A DNA stretch of 64,000 nt from Nostoc sp. (GCA_036918135.1 JBALDB010000009.1:131605-195604); one strand, 5' to 3'. Shown: positions 1 to 10,902, counted from the stretch's first letter. A program made the numbers and translations. Notes: a model not told the origin generated them from the sequence alone.

Positions 1-2904
1 GGCATTAATCGCTGCAACTAAGCGATCGCATCCTTCAGCATCCTGTGTGCCAAAACCCTCATCCACAATCAACAATTGCAACGCCGCCCCCGCCCGTTGT
101 GCTAATAATTTCGCCAAGGCTAAACGGATAGCAAAGTTAATTCTAAAAGCTTCTCCACCAGAATAAGTTTCATAAGCCCGCGTTCCTCTGGAATCAGCGA
201 TTAAAATATCCAAGGTGTCTATCAACTTGGCATTTTTCTTAGTTGATTTACCATGACGCCCAGCTTTTTGAGTAATAAATTGTACATGAAATTGATTAGC
301 ACTCAACCGCGAAAGTAATTGATTTGTCTCAGCTTCCAGTTGAGGTAATACATTTTCAATCATTAATGTTTGAATACCATTTTTACCAAAGGCCTGCGCT
401 AATTCCTGATAAACACGGTGTTCGTGCTTGCAAGATTGTAGTTGTTTGTATTGTTGTTCGTACTGAATTTGCAGCGCTTGGAGTTGATGCGCTAACTGCT
501 CTAAACGCCCCAACTTGGCAATTTGTTCGTCGAGTTGGCGTCTGCGTATTGCTAGCTGCTGCTCTAGGGCATGAATTTGGGCAGATGGGTTGGCTGTCGC
601 TTGTAGTTGCTCGATTATGCTTTCGATTTGGTTGGCAAGTTTTTGCCGCTCCATTATTCTGACGCCTCTAGAATCCTCTAATTCTTGTAATCTCGTCTGG
701 AGTTGGGGATGATGCTGCTGGGCTGTTAAAAGTTGTTGATACAGCAAATGCCAAGATTGAGCTTTCTTCACAGCCATGCGGAGGTTATTGTGCAGTTCCA
801 AACTATAGCCAATTTCAACAATCTGACGTTCCAAAGCCGCAATTTGTTTGGCAGATTCGGAATTAGTTTGTTCTTGGTGGATTCTAGCTTCTAATTCGGC
901 AATAGTAGCTTGCAGTTGTGGTTTTCGGGCTGCTAGTTGCGCTTGTCGTTTAGTAGCATCTTTAATTTGGCTTTGTTTAATTTCTGCCCAGCGCCACCGC
1001 TCAACTTCACTGCGAGCTAAGGCGTGGTCTTGTTCATTATAATTAACTTGTTGCAGATATTGGTCTAACTTTTGCAGTTCGGCTTGTTTATCGGGAGCAT
1101 AATCACCAGCTTGTAGCGATCGCTCTAAATGTTGCTTTTCAGTAGCAATTTGTTGTAATTGTTGTTGGACATCAGTTGTCGCTTCTAACTGGGCTGCCAA
1201 TTGTCCCCGCTGTTCGCGTAAACCGTCATAAATTCCTAATTGTTGCGATATTTCTCGATATTCCTGCCTGAGTACTTGAATTTCCCGATCTGAAACAGCC
1301 ATTTGTTCGCGCACTACCCAAAACTGTCCTTGAGTATCATCCATCTCAATTTGGGTTTTTTCTACCACACGGCTCCAATGATGTTCGTCTAAAGGACGTT
1401 CGCACAACGGACAAAGAGCATTGGGATTTTGGAGCATTTGTAGTTTTTGCTCTAATTCTCCCAGCAGTTTTTCATAATCGCGTTGATGAGCTTGGAGACG
1501 TTCAATAAAGTGACGCCTTTCTTGCCCTTTTTCCTGGACTCGTTGCAGATAAATCCGCTTTTTGTCCAGTTCCTCAATTTGGATTCCTACATCCATTACC
1601 GCTTGTTGTAGTTGCGGTTGGCGTCGTTGTTGGCGTTGTAATTGGTTTTCTGTATTTTGCAGTTGTTCGAGCCGCGCAACTAAACCAGCATGAGTCCGAT
1701 CTAATTGGCTTTGTAAAGCTGCTCGTTGTTGCAACAATGGAGTCACCTGCATTTGCAATTGGTCTAAATGAGCCAAATGGTGACGTGCTGCACCCAGTTG
1801 TGACAAAGCAGCTTCTACTTCACCTGCTTTGGTGAGAGTTTGCTGAATTTCCCGTTCTTGTTGCTGCAAAGCTTCGATTTGGGCTTGAGCTTGTTGCAAT
1901 TGCCGTTCAATTTCCTGAATTTGTTTGCTAAGCTGTTGTTGCTTTTGTTGGCGAGTTTGCTGGGCGCGAGTATATTCTTCAAATTTGGCAGCAAAAGCTT
2001 CTTCTTGAGATTGCAGACTTTGATATTGGGCGTATCCAGCTTTAATCTCAGCTTCTCGATCTAAGATTTTTTCTAAATCTGATAGCTGAGAGCCAACTGC
2101 TAACTGTTCTTGTTGCAGGCGATCGCAGTCTTGGTTAAGATTTTGATATTGCTGCTTGACAAAGCTCAGTTGTTGTTCCCAATTTTGGCGCTGATGCTGG
2201 ACAACTTGCAAACTTTGTAATTGAATATTGTCAAAAGCTTGTACCTGTTGCAGTTGATTGAGTTCAGCTTCTAACTGCTCTCTTTGGGCTTCGGTTGTCT
2301 TTTGTTGTTGTAGCTGAATTTTAATCGCATCCAAAGAACGCTCTAATTCCTCCGCTCGTGCTTTGAGCTGACGAGAAGATTCCTTTGCCCGTTCTTCTAA
2401 ATCATCATACTGATTGAGTTTCAACAACTCCGCTAAAATTTCTTTGCGTTCGCTAGGTCGTTTGAGCATGAATTCATCCGCTCGACCTTGACGTAAGTAG
2501 GCAGAATTAATGAAAGTATCATAATCGAGCTTAATATATTCTAAAATTGAATCTTGGGTTGCCCTTACCCCTTTGCCTGTGAGTGGGCGAAACCCAGAGG
2601 GCGTTTCTATTTGAAATTCCAGGACGCTACTAGCTCCCCGAATTCGCGTACGAATCACCCGATATGTTTGCTGGTTACTTTGGAAAATAAAATCAACCCG
2701 AACTTCTTTGGCACCAGAATAGATAACATCATCTTCAGCACTGGCGCGGCTTTCACCCCAAATTGCCCAAGTGATTGCTTCTAAAAGGGAGGATTTTCCT
2801 GCACCGTTGGAGCCAGAAATACAAGCCGTATGCAAACCGCGAAAATCTAAAGTTGCATCACGGTAACTGAGAAAGTTTTTGAGAATAAGTTGTACTGGGA
2901 TCAT
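1..2904 (-). CDS. sbcC: Exonuclease SbcC (SMC/Rad50-like ATPase), 3' end runs off the window
   Basis: Minus-strand ATG at 2904 reads MIPVQLILKNFLSYRDATLDFRGLHTACISGSNGAGKSSLLEAITWAIWG (Walker A), then a Gln-rich coiled coil, a CPLCERP zinc hook and YSGGEAFRINFAIRLALA...LLIVDEGFGTQD near base 50. Confidence 0.93.
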   Translation of the reverse strand, partial: MIPVQLILKNFLSYRDATLDFRGLHTACISGSNGAGKSSLLEAITWAIWGESRASAEDDVIYSGAKEVRVDFIFQSNQQTYRVIRTRIRGASSVLEFQIETPSGFRPLTGKGVRATQDSILEYIKLDYDTFINSAYLRQGRADEFMLKRPSERKEILAELLKLNQYDDLEERAKESSRQLKARAEELERSLDAIKIQLQQQKTTEAQREQLEAELNQLQQVQAFDNIQLQSLQVVQHQRQNWEQQLSFVKQQYQNLNQDCDRLQQEQLAVGSQLSDLEKILDREAEIKAGYAQYQSLQSQEEAFAAKFEEYTRAQQTRQQKQQQLSKQIQEIERQLQQAQAQIEALQQQEREIQQTLTKAGEVEAALSQLGAARHHLAHLDQLQMQVTPLLQQRAALQSQLDRTHAGLVARLEQLQNTENQLQRQQRRQPQLQQAVMDVGIQIEELDKKRIYLQRVQEKGQERRHFIERLQAHQRDYEKLLGELEQKLQMLQNPNALCPLCERPLDEHHWSRVVEKTQIEMDDTQGQFWVVREQMAVSDREIQVLRQEYREISQQLGIYDGLREQRGQLAAQLEATTDVQQQLQQIATEKQHLERSLQAGDYAPDKQAELQKLDQYLQQVNYNEQDHALARSEVERWRWAEIKQSQIKDATKRQAQLAARKPQLQATIAELEARIHQEQTNSESAKQIAALERQIVEIGYSLELHNNLRMAVKKAQSWHLLYQQLLTAQQHHPQLQTRLQELEDSRGVRIMERQKLANQIESIIEQLQATANPSAQIHALEQQLAIRRRQLDEQIAKLGRLEQLAHQLQALQIQYEQQYKQLQSCKHEHRVYQELAQAFGKNGIQTLMIENVLPQLEAETNQLLSRLSANQFHVQFITQKAGRHGKSTKKNAKLIDTLDILIADSRGTRAYETYSGGEAFRINFAIRLALAKLLAQRAGAALQLLIVDEGFGTQDAEGCDRLVAAINA

Positions 2905-3653
2905 TCACGCTATAGCGCCTACATCTACTTTTAATAATTAAGAGTACAGATGCACTGTTTGTTAGTTTAGCTATCTAGATATCAGGTTTCTAGTCTTGAA
3001 GATATCAATTTTACAAAAATTTACAATTTGATGAGTGAATTTTTCTTGTTGCCTAAAAAATTTTTGCTGTATTCAGAGAAAAATTAAACTGTCGTTCAGG
3101 CTCCCATTTATTTCCTGCTGTTGACTGGGAATCAAAAATTCACACAAGAGTTGTTCTCAGGATTGAGGGAAATGATTTCTGTTTATTATTTACATTTGAG
3201 CAGGAAATTAGCTAGGAATTTGCTTCGCCATATTTATCTAAAAAAAGTAGTAATCCTCAAATATTAAAATCCGCCAGCGCGAGTTTCATTTATGGTGCGA
3301 CTATTAAACGCCAATAAATAATTTTGACTAATTGCGATGCCATTATTTGACCTATACCGAGGTATCACAATCGAATATTTGTACTGTCAGTAAATTCTGT
3401 TAAATCTAGAAATTGCAGGCGACTCTTTTCGTTGATGACTGCAAGTCTCAGATTCTTGTGATTAAGATCACACCACTTCAAAGCCATAAATAGCTAGTAT
3501 CAAGCGAAGAAATATCTGGTACTCATTAAAAAGAAGAATTTTCTCACTGTTATTTTATAAGTATTATTTTATACTTATAAAATATATTTACTAAAGTTAA
3601 CAGTTTTTATTCTTCACTAAGCCACGTAAAAAATGAGAAAAAGGTAAATAGTA

Positions 3654-4391
3654 ATGCTCGAACTTTTACTAAAAAACCAATTAAGCGCTCCCAGAAAGCA
3701 AAATTTTAAAAATGAAATCTTGACTAGAGTTAAAGGTCGAAAACCAGAACTTTTAGATACAGAAATAAAATTTTATAAAACTGAATTACTCCCGTATTTT
3801 ATTAAATTGAGTCAACATAATCCTGTTTTCAATATTACAGAGCAATTACGTCTTTTAGTAGGTGTTTGGACACCAATCTGGTCTACCATCTCCTTCCACG
3901 AGACTTTACCTAAAAGAATACAAGAGCAGTCTTTCCAAATTTTTCAACAGAATGGTTATTGTGCTAGCGTAGCTCGCTATATATTAGGAAAGGAATCCTT
4001 CTCTTATAGAGAATCGCCACTGAAATTACTAGCTTACGACTTCATGGTAGTGCAAAAGTATGAAGTTAAAAATGGTAAATGGTACATTCAAGATGTTGGA
4101 AAATTTCAAGCTTTTAAAAATCCGGAAATTCCTTTGACTTTAGAATCAGCCTCTGATTGGTTTACTAATGTATTTAATACTCAAGTAAAATCGTCTGTGT
4201 TAAAAGTAAATTTACCTAAAGCTCTCGAATTAGACAATCTAGATACAAATAATGCTGCTCAAAATCAAAAAACGTGTTTAGCAACTTCTTTAGTGTTTGA
4301 GCATTTATATATCGATAGTGACTGGAGACTTGTGAAAACTCAAACAGATGCCTCACAACTACCAAATTATACAATTGCTGTTAAAAGGTAA
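3654..4391 (+). CDS. Hypothetical protein (weak PAP/fibrillin- or lipocalin-like appearance)
   Basis: 245-aa ORF with ATG after an AAAGG RBS-like site; LLVGVWTPIWST and HLYIDSDWRLV resemble fibrillin-type motifs. Confidence 0.55.
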   Translation: MLELLLKNQLSAPRKQNFKNEILTRVKGRKPELLDTEIKFYKTELLPYFIKLSQHNPVFNITEQLRLLVGVWTPIWSTISFHETLPKRIQEQSFQIFQQNGYCASVARYILGKESFSYRESPLKLLAYDFMVVQKYEVKNGKWYIQDVGKFQAFKNPEIPLTLESASDWFTNVFNTQVKSSVLKVNLPKALELDNLDTNNAAQNQKTCLATSLVFEHLYIDSDWRLVKTQTDASQLPNYTIAVKR

Positions 4392-4597
4392 TGAAGAAAA
4401 AAATTGTAGTCAATTGAAAAATTTTTGAGAAAGAATAAGGTGTGGGGTGTTAGGGGATTGGAAGAGGTCTATTAAACAGCGCCAGCAGCAATTTTAAATA
4501 CCCATGTAAGAGATAGTTTATCTTTGAGTCGCACAGATAACCATTCCTTATGTCCGTTACTTATCTGTTGTTATTTGACTTGATTTTTATCTAATAG

Positions 4598-4849
4598 TCA
4601 ATTCTCAGGTAATTGCCAAGAACGCCCTTGACAATAAACATAACCATTGGCAATGGAGATACCAAACATTTGTCGCATGATTCTGGTTGCTTCTTTCCTC
4701 TCTTCATCTGTCAAGCAATCCTGACCTTTGAAACCTGCTCGATAATGTCTAGGATTACCACCAGCTTCTATATAACGCTGCTTGCCAATTTCTAAAATTT
4801 CTTGGAACCTTGCATATTTTTGCTTTTGTTCTTCAGTCCAATTTGCCAT
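4598..4849 (-). CDS. Small hypothetical protein (83 aa)
   Basis: ATG at 4849 (MANWTEEQKQKYARFQEILEIGKQRYIEAGG), 2 nt after the stop of the upstream ORF. Confidence 0.65.
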   Translation of the reverse strand: MANWTEEQKQKYARFQEILEIGKQRYIEAGGNPRHYRAGFKGQDCLTDEERKEATRIMRQMFGISIANGYVYCQGRSWQLPEN

Positions 4850-4851
4850 AA

Positions 4852-5031
4852 TTACAAGTCCCAAGTAGTCGGAACAATATCACCATTTTGTAAAATCATA
4901 GCAATCGGTAAGACAGGGCTGGGCGTATTTATATACCAATTGCCACTATCTTCATCATAAAACGTATTACCGAGTAAATCTAGGGTAGTCAGTGCGTTCA
5001 TAATTAAGTATTGCGCTTCACTCGGTTCCAT
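4852..5031 (-). CDS. Small acidic hypothetical protein (59 aa), not in the ORF track
   Basis: Translated manually: MEPSEAQYLIMNALTTLDLLGNTFYDEDSGNWYINTPSPVLPIAMILQNGDIVPTTWDL*; tightly coupled to the next ORF. Confidence 0.6.
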   Translation of the reverse strand: MEPSEAQYLIMNALTTLDLLGNTFYDEDSGNWYINTPSPVLPIAMILQNGDIVPTTWDL

Positions 5032-5107
5032 CAGGAATTACTCTACAAATTGACTTTAGCAATTCTAAAGGAAAGAGAAAGTATTTCCCAAGTCTTAGGC
5101 AATAAAT

Positions 5108-5221
5108 CTATAGTAATCCGCTTTGATTTTGAACTTACTTACCTTACCAAGGGTAGGGAATAGTGACGAAGCTTTTCCAGTTGTATCTAACGGTAGAAAA
5201 AATCAAATAAGACTTCTATAG
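5108..5221. repeat. Short MITE-like element
   Basis: Imperfect terminal inverted repeats CTATAGTAATCCGCTTTGATTTT ... AAAATCAAATAAGACTTCTATAG. Confidence 0.45.
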
Positions 5222-5524
5222 AATGAAAGTAATAGTTGGCAATGGCGTAAGTATGTGAACGTAAGCAATTAAACAAAGTTAGGAAACAACCAAACTAATT
5301 TGGCGTCATTAAGAGTATCTTGTCTCCTATTTATCAAGGCAGATTAACAGAACAAAAGCTTTGACGAGCGATATCTCTAATAACTACGCCAACACATATA
5401 CTCCATGTCAAATAAATACTTTTGAGTTCGTAATATGCCAAAAGTCACGTTTAAGATTAGTCAGAAACAAACTCAGTGAGCCGGCGTCATTACACATATC
5501 ACATAGATTAAGGTCAACTCACCT

Positions 5525-6205
5525 ATGACTCGCATACATCGATGGAAATCTGGAACTGCTGCACTCATGGCAATGGCTGTTACCACCAGCGTCATTACCC
5601 CCATGATTACCTTCGCTCCTGCTAATGCACAATATACCGGGCAATATGGAAACGTTACCATTCCTGCTGGAGTGAATTTGCCTGTTACCTACGAAAAAGA
5701 AACAATCTCCATCGTTCCTGGGGAAAGTAAATCTATAACCTTGAGAATAGCAAATGACATTATCGACAGAAATAGAAATGTCTTAATTCCCGCAGGTACT
5801 AAAGTAATTGGACGCTTAGAGCCTGTTGATCTAGATGGTTATTCTAGAAATGATGATAACCAAGGAAAAGGCGTGCGGTTTGTAGCTCAAGAATTAGAAT
5901 TTTCTAATCGTCGCCGTCAGTCGATTAATGCAACTTCTCGCACATACACCACAACTCAAAGGGTTTCACAAGGCCCTAACACAGGTCAAGTGTTAACTGA
6001 TGCGGGTATTGGTGCAGGTGCTGGTCTTTTGGGTTCGCTAGTTACTGGTAATAGCAAAATTGATGATTTAAAACCTGTGATTGGTGCAGCCGCAGGTGCA
6101 GGTGCAAGTGTGCTGTTGCGGAAAAAACAAGTGAATGCTTTCGTTATCAGACCCGCACAAGATTTGAGGCTGACACTGAATTCTAACTTGATTCTATACC
6201 GTTAA
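5525..6205 (+). CDS. Secreted cyanobacterial protein (TrbI-like domain with glycine zipper), paralogous to the C-terminal half of the SLH protein at 9634
   Basis: Signal peptide RWKSGTAALMA...APANAQ, VTIPAGVNLPVTYE, VLIPAGTKVIGRL, GIGAGAG glycine zipper. Confidence 0.8.
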   Translation: MTRIHRWKSGTAALMAMAVTTSVITPMITFAPANAQYTGQYGNVTIPAGVNLPVTYEKETISIVPGESKSITLRIANDIIDRNRNVLIPAGTKVIGRLEPVDLDGYSRNDDNQGKGVRFVAQELEFSNRRRQSINATSRTYTTTQRVSQGPNTGQVLTDAGIGAGAGLLGSLVTGNSKIDDLKPVIGAAAGAGASVLLRKKQVNAFVIRPAQDLRLTLNSNLILYR

Positions 6206-6497
6206 TAGGTTTAACTTTATTCAAGTGGTGAATTTAATCATCCCCTATAGGCGATCGCTACTTTAACTATAGTGGGCGATCGCCTTCATTTTTAACCTAC
6301 AAACCATTCTATTTAACAGCAACTATTCTATCTCTGTATCGTCTTAATCAGTATCGATATTGATTAAAAATTTAATTGCGCTCTTGAAGGAGCTAAGAAA
6401 GTCCGTTTTATTGTATTCTTTATTCAAAAGAGTATTCCAGATTAGAGAATATCTTCATATTTTTGTTAATTAGTGGCGATCGAAGGAGGCTTTTGTT

Positions 6498-8522
6498 GTG
6501 GGAATTAAAAATTTCGGTCTAAAAGCATCTCTTGCAATTCCTGTGGTATTAATTATTTTGGCTGTGGGAGAAAGCATAAAAGTATCTTCAGTTAAGAATG
6601 TCTCTCAGGTATCCACTAACAAAGAAATGAGCTTATCTAGCCGCCAAGTAATCAGCATCAATACAACACCGAAAATATACTACGTTAGTGGTAATGGTAA
6701 TGACAAGAACAGCGGACTTTCTGCTTCATCCGCCTTTAGGACAATTCAAAAGGCAGCAGACCTTACCAACCCTGGCGACACAGTATTGATTATGAACGGA
6801 GTCTACAAAAATTTAGCCAAAGATAAAAGTGTAGTCAGTATTAAACGTTCTGGAACTGCAAATGCATGGATTAAATATAAAGCATATCCCGGACATTTTC
6901 CTAAAATTCAGCATAATACATGGAACGGTATCCTGATATCTAGTGGAGCTTCATATATCGAGATCAATGGGCTGGAAGTTGTAGGAAACAATGCCAATAT
7001 AACCCTTGATTATGCGATGAGTCAGAAGAATAATAAACAAAATCCACTGACGAGTGGTAACTGCATCAACGTTGACGGACGAACTAGTGGTCACGTTCAT
7101 CACATTCGTGTTTTGAACAACAAAGTGCATGACTGTGGAGGAACAGGTATTTCAGCCATGCAATCTGACTATGTGACAGTAGATAATAACGTGGTCTTTA
7201 ATAATGCTTGGTATGGTGTTTATGGTTCCAGTGGTATTTCAATGTTGAATAATTGGAATTCTGACAGCAACCAGGGATACAAGATGTATGTTACCAACAA
7301 CAAGACCTACAACAATCGCATGTACATCCCTTGGATCAAAGTTGGAAAGATTACAGACGGTAATGGCATTATTATTGATAGTTCAAGAAATACTCAAAAT
7401 AACTTAAATTTGAGTGCATATACAGGACGTACTTTAGTTAAAAATAATCTGACATATAATAATGGTGGTTCAGGCATTCATGCATTTTTAAGCGCTCATG
7501 TTGATATTGTCAATAATACAGCTATTTCAAATAATCAAAGTCCAGAAATTGATAATGGACAAATATTTGCTCATGGGTCATCTGATGTGAAAATTTTAAG
7601 AAATATTCTTTATGCTTATCCTGGTAAGCAGATTAATGATAACGGCAAAAATGACAATGTTGTTTACGATGACAATATATACATTAATGCTTCTAAGATA
7701 AATGTTAAAGGGCCTCATGATATTGTTGCAGACTCACAGTTTTTAAGTAAGCATCCCACTATAGAAAAGATAGCTAACGATTGGCAATCGCAGCAAGATA
7801 GACAAGATCGCTCAATACAAACTTTTGTAGAGCCTAAGTCGCTAAATTTTGCCTGTGAATCAGTAAATTATCCTTTAGAAGGCAAAGTTATTAAAGTGGG
7901 ATGCTCTCCACTACTTTTGGCTCAAGCTAATTTTTCTGATGTTTCATCTAACTATTGGGCAGCACAATTTATTCAACAATTATCTCAACGAGGTGTAATT
8001 GCCGGATTTCCTGATGGCAGCTTCCGCCCTGAAGAACCGGTAACACGCGCTCAATTTGCCGCTATGATCGATAAAGCTTTTCCAAAAGCACAACAACGTT
8101 CGGCAATCAATTTTACTGATGTGCCTAGCAACTATTGGGCATACAGCGCCATTGAGCAAGCCTATAGCATTGGTTTCTTATCAGGATATCCTGGTAATCG
8201 CTTTCAACCTAACCAAGCTATTCCCCGCCAGCAGGTTTTGGTTTCTCTAGCTAACGGTCTGAAATATACTCCTAATAGCAATACCCAAAGCACTCTGCAA
8301 TATTTCAACGATGCTTCTAGCATCGCTAGCTATGCCCGTAGCCCGATTGCCGCAGCAACAAACAAGCAAATTGTGGTGAATTATCCGAATGTGAAGTTGT
8401 TGAATCCAACTGCAAACGCCACTCGCGCCCAGGTAGCAGCTTTTATTTATCAGGCGTTGGTTAGTTCTAATCAAGCCTCACCAATTAACTCGCCCTATGT
8501 GGTGTCAAAACTCAGCAATTAA
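6498..8522 (+). CDS. Right-handed beta-helix (pectate lyase-like) protein fused to three SLH domains
   Basis: YYVSGNGNDKNSG...FRTIQKAADLTNPGDTVLIMNGVY, Asn-rich beta-helix repeats, then FSDVSSNYWA/GFPDGSFRPEEPVTRAQFA SLH repeats. Confidence 0.88.
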   Translation: MGIKNFGLKASLAIPVVLIILAVGESIKVSSVKNVSQVSTNKEMSLSSRQVISINTTPKIYYVSGNGNDKNSGLSASSAFRTIQKAADLTNPGDTVLIMNGVYKNLAKDKSVVSIKRSGTANAWIKYKAYPGHFPKIQHNTWNGILISSGASYIEINGLEVVGNNANITLDYAMSQKNNKQNPLTSGNCINVDGRTSGHVHHIRVLNNKVHDCGGTGISAMQSDYVTVDNNVVFNNAWYGVYGSSGISMLNNWNSDSNQGYKMYVTNNKTYNNRMYIPWIKVGKITDGNGIIIDSSRNTQNNLNLSAYTGRTLVKNNLTYNNGGSGIHAFLSAHVDIVNNTAISNNQSPEIDNGQIFAHGSSDVKILRNILYAYPGKQINDNGKNDNVVYDDNIYINASKINVKGPHDIVADSQFLSKHPTIEKIANDWQSQQDRQDRSIQTFVEPKSLNFACESVNYPLEGKVIKVGCSPLLLAQANFSDVSSNYWAAQFIQQLSQRGVIAGFPDGSFRPEEPVTRAQFAAMIDKAFPKAQQRSAINFTDVPSNYWAYSAIEQAYSIGFLSGYPGNRFQPNQAIPRQQVLVSLANGLKYTPNSNTQSTLQYFNDASSIASYARSPIAAATNKQIVVNYPNVKLLNPTANATRAQVAAFIYQALVSSNQASPINSPYVVSKLSN

Positions 8523-8715
8523 GTTGCTTTATGTCATGGTTGTCAGGTCTGTTACCCCAACACCTGTATGATAATCATGTCTGGTTGAATAATTATAATT
8601 AGGGACTGATAAATAGAAAATATTCAATTTTTCTTGTAGCGTGGACGAGACGCCCACCCCACGAAATTGAATAATTTATTTATTGGTAACCCCTTAGGAC
8701 TTGTCTTCGTCTTTA

Positions 8716-8994
8716 GAGGATGTTTGAAAAGTTTTGGTCGAATATAATTCGCTACTACACAAGCGAAGTCAGCCTGCACGGACTAATTAAAAATCAAAGG
8801 TTTGAAACCCAGAATCGGTAGCTTTTGTCTGTATAGCCGCGATTTCTAATCGCCAGGGCTGGTATTATAGCAGAAGGCAGGAGGCTTTAGCGCGGAGGCA
8901 GGAGGTAAAACTATTGCTAACTCTAGCATTCACTCTTTCCAAGTGTCCTAAAGAGTGTGACTAAGGCTATAATTTAGACTTTTCAAACAACCTC
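8716..8994. mobile_element. MITE with 17-bp TIRs and TTA target duplication
   Basis: tta|GAGGATGTTTGAAAAGT ... ACTTTTCAAACAACCTC|tta. Confidence 0.8.
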
Positions 8995-9111
8995 TTAGAC
9001 TTGCACAGAATTTCAAGAGCAGAGCGAATTTTAACTTGAATTTATCAATACAATTTTGTTATTAGATTTAACTTTATTCAAGTTGTAATTCTAATCATTC
9101 CCAAAGGCGAT

Positions 9112-9251
9112 GGGAAGCATCCTATTTTTGCAGATTTACCAAGATAATAGATTGTCATTGCCAATGAAGTAAAGCGGAATGTAAACGAAGCCTACATTCC
9201 ATTTAATTACGCTCGCAATGACAATATGTGTTTTTACACAGGGATGCTCCC
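9112..9251. mobile_element. MITE inserted at a HIP1 site, 8-bp TSD
   Basis: AAGGCGAT|GGGAAGCATCC ... GGATGCTCCC|AAGGCGAT. Confidence 0.7.
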
Positions 9252-9633
9252 AAGGCGATCGCCTTTATTTTTTAGCCGAAAAAATCTATTGTGGTGCAAC
9301 TATTCTATCTCTATATCGTCTTACTAAGTATTGATAGTGGAAATACTTATTTAATAACCTGAATCGCTAAAAGCTTTAATTTATATAGGTTTAATTGAAG
9401 AACTAAACTTAAAATCTCTGGTACTTTGTTGGATTTGACTACGTTTAATCCAACCTACTGGGTGATTATATTATTACCTATTTCCTAGTTTTTTGATAGA
9501 AAATTTAAAATTTTAACTATCTATTACTTAAGTAATACTTTTTTCAAAAAAACAAATTTTTGGGAACCTCTAATTTCAACTTGTGTCTAATTAATTAACA
9601 GTAAATAATTAATTTAAATGGAGTAAAAAACTA

Positions 9634-10875
9634 ATGTTTACTTTAAAGCGTTGGCAATCTGGAACAGCTGCATTCATGGCTTTGAGCGTCACAGTTGGAA
9701 CTGTAGCACCCTTGATAACAGCTACACCTTCTTTTGCTCAAACTACTTTTTCTGATGTTTCATCTAATTATTGGGCAGCAGATTTTATTCAACAATTATC
9801 ACAACGAGGTGTGATTGCCGGATTTCCTGATGGTAGTTTCCGTCCTGAAGAAGCAGTAACACGCGCTCAATTTGCTGCTATGGTCAACAAAGCTTTCCAA
9901 AAATCACAACAGCGATCGCCAATCAATTTTGCTGATGTGCCTAGCAACTATTGGGCATACAGCGCTATTGAGCAAGCTTATACTATTGGTTTCTTATCAG
10001 GATATCCTGGTAATCGCTTTGAACCTAACCAAGCTATTCCTCGCCAACAGGTTTTAGTTTCCCTCGCTAATGGTCTGGATTATACTGCTAGTGCTAATAC
10101 CGAAAGCACTCTGCAATACTTCAACGATGCTTCCAACATTGCAAGCTATGCCCGTAGCCCCATCGCAGCAGCGACTGAGAAGCAAATCGTGGTCAACTAT
10201 CCAAATGTGAAATTCCTCAATCCAACTGCAACCGCTACTCGCGCCCAAGTAGCAGCTTTTATTTACCAAGCATTGGTTAGTTCTAATCAAGCCTCAGCAA
10301 TTAACTCACCCTACATCGTGGCTGTAGGGTCTACTACCCCAACACCTGTAGCTGTGACAATTCCCCAAGGCACTGCTATCCCCGTGAAGTATGACAAGGC
10401 AGAAAAAATTCTGGTGACAAAGGACGAAACAGCACCTTTGACACTGACAGTATCCCAAAATGTAGTTACACCAGAAGGATCTGTAGTGATTCCTGCTGGT
10501 AGTCAAGTTATCGGTCAACTCAAACCTGCTACAGGTGGTTCTCAATTCGTTGCTGAAAAACTAGTTTTGACCACAGGTCAAGAATATCAACTTAACGCTA
10601 GTTCTGAAGTGATTACCAAAACTCAAACCATCAAAAAGGGTATTAGTACTGGAGCAATCATCAAGGATACTGTATTAGGTGCAGGAGCGGCAGCTGCGGT
10701 ATCTGGCGTCACTGGCGATCGCGCCATTGCCACAGAAGAAGTCTTGGGTGGTGCTGGCATTGGTGCATTAGTTGGTCTGTTCTTTGGTAAGAAGAGTGTT
10801 GATTTAATTGCAATTGACCCAAATACCGATTTACAAATGACAATCAATCAAAACTTGTTGGTTTCGCTCAGATAG
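9634..10875 (+). CDS. S-layer homology domain protein
   Basis: Signal peptide, three SLH repeats, C-terminal TrbI-like/glycine-zipper domain. Confidence 0.9.
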   Translation: MFTLKRWQSGTAAFMALSVTVGTVAPLITATPSFAQTTFSDVSSNYWAADFIQQLSQRGVIAGFPDGSFRPEEAVTRAQFAAMVNKAFQKSQQRSPINFADVPSNYWAYSAIEQAYTIGFLSGYPGNRFEPNQAIPRQQVLVSLANGLDYTASANTESTLQYFNDASNIASYARSPIAAATEKQIVVNYPNVKFLNPTATATRAQVAAFIYQALVSSNQASAINSPYIVAVGSTTPTPVAVTIPQGTAIPVKYDKAEKILVTKDETAPLTLTVSQNVVTPEGSVVIPAGSQVIGQLKPATGGSQFVAEKLVLTTGQEYQLNASSEVITKTQTIKKGISTGAIIKDTVLGAGAAAAVSGVTGDRAIATEEVLGGAGIGALVGLFFGKKSVDLIAIDPNTDLQMTINQNLLVSLR

Positions 10876-10902
10876 TCATTAGTCATTAGTATTTACAAAT
10901 GA

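Noticed and set aside
324..2784. Short plus-strand ORFs
   Set aside because: Antisense shadows of sbcC; the same applies to short ORFs overlapping other long genes
5525..6205. Conjugation system implied by the TrbI-like domain
   Set aside because: No other T4SS genes; the domain is shared with the neighbouring S-layer protein
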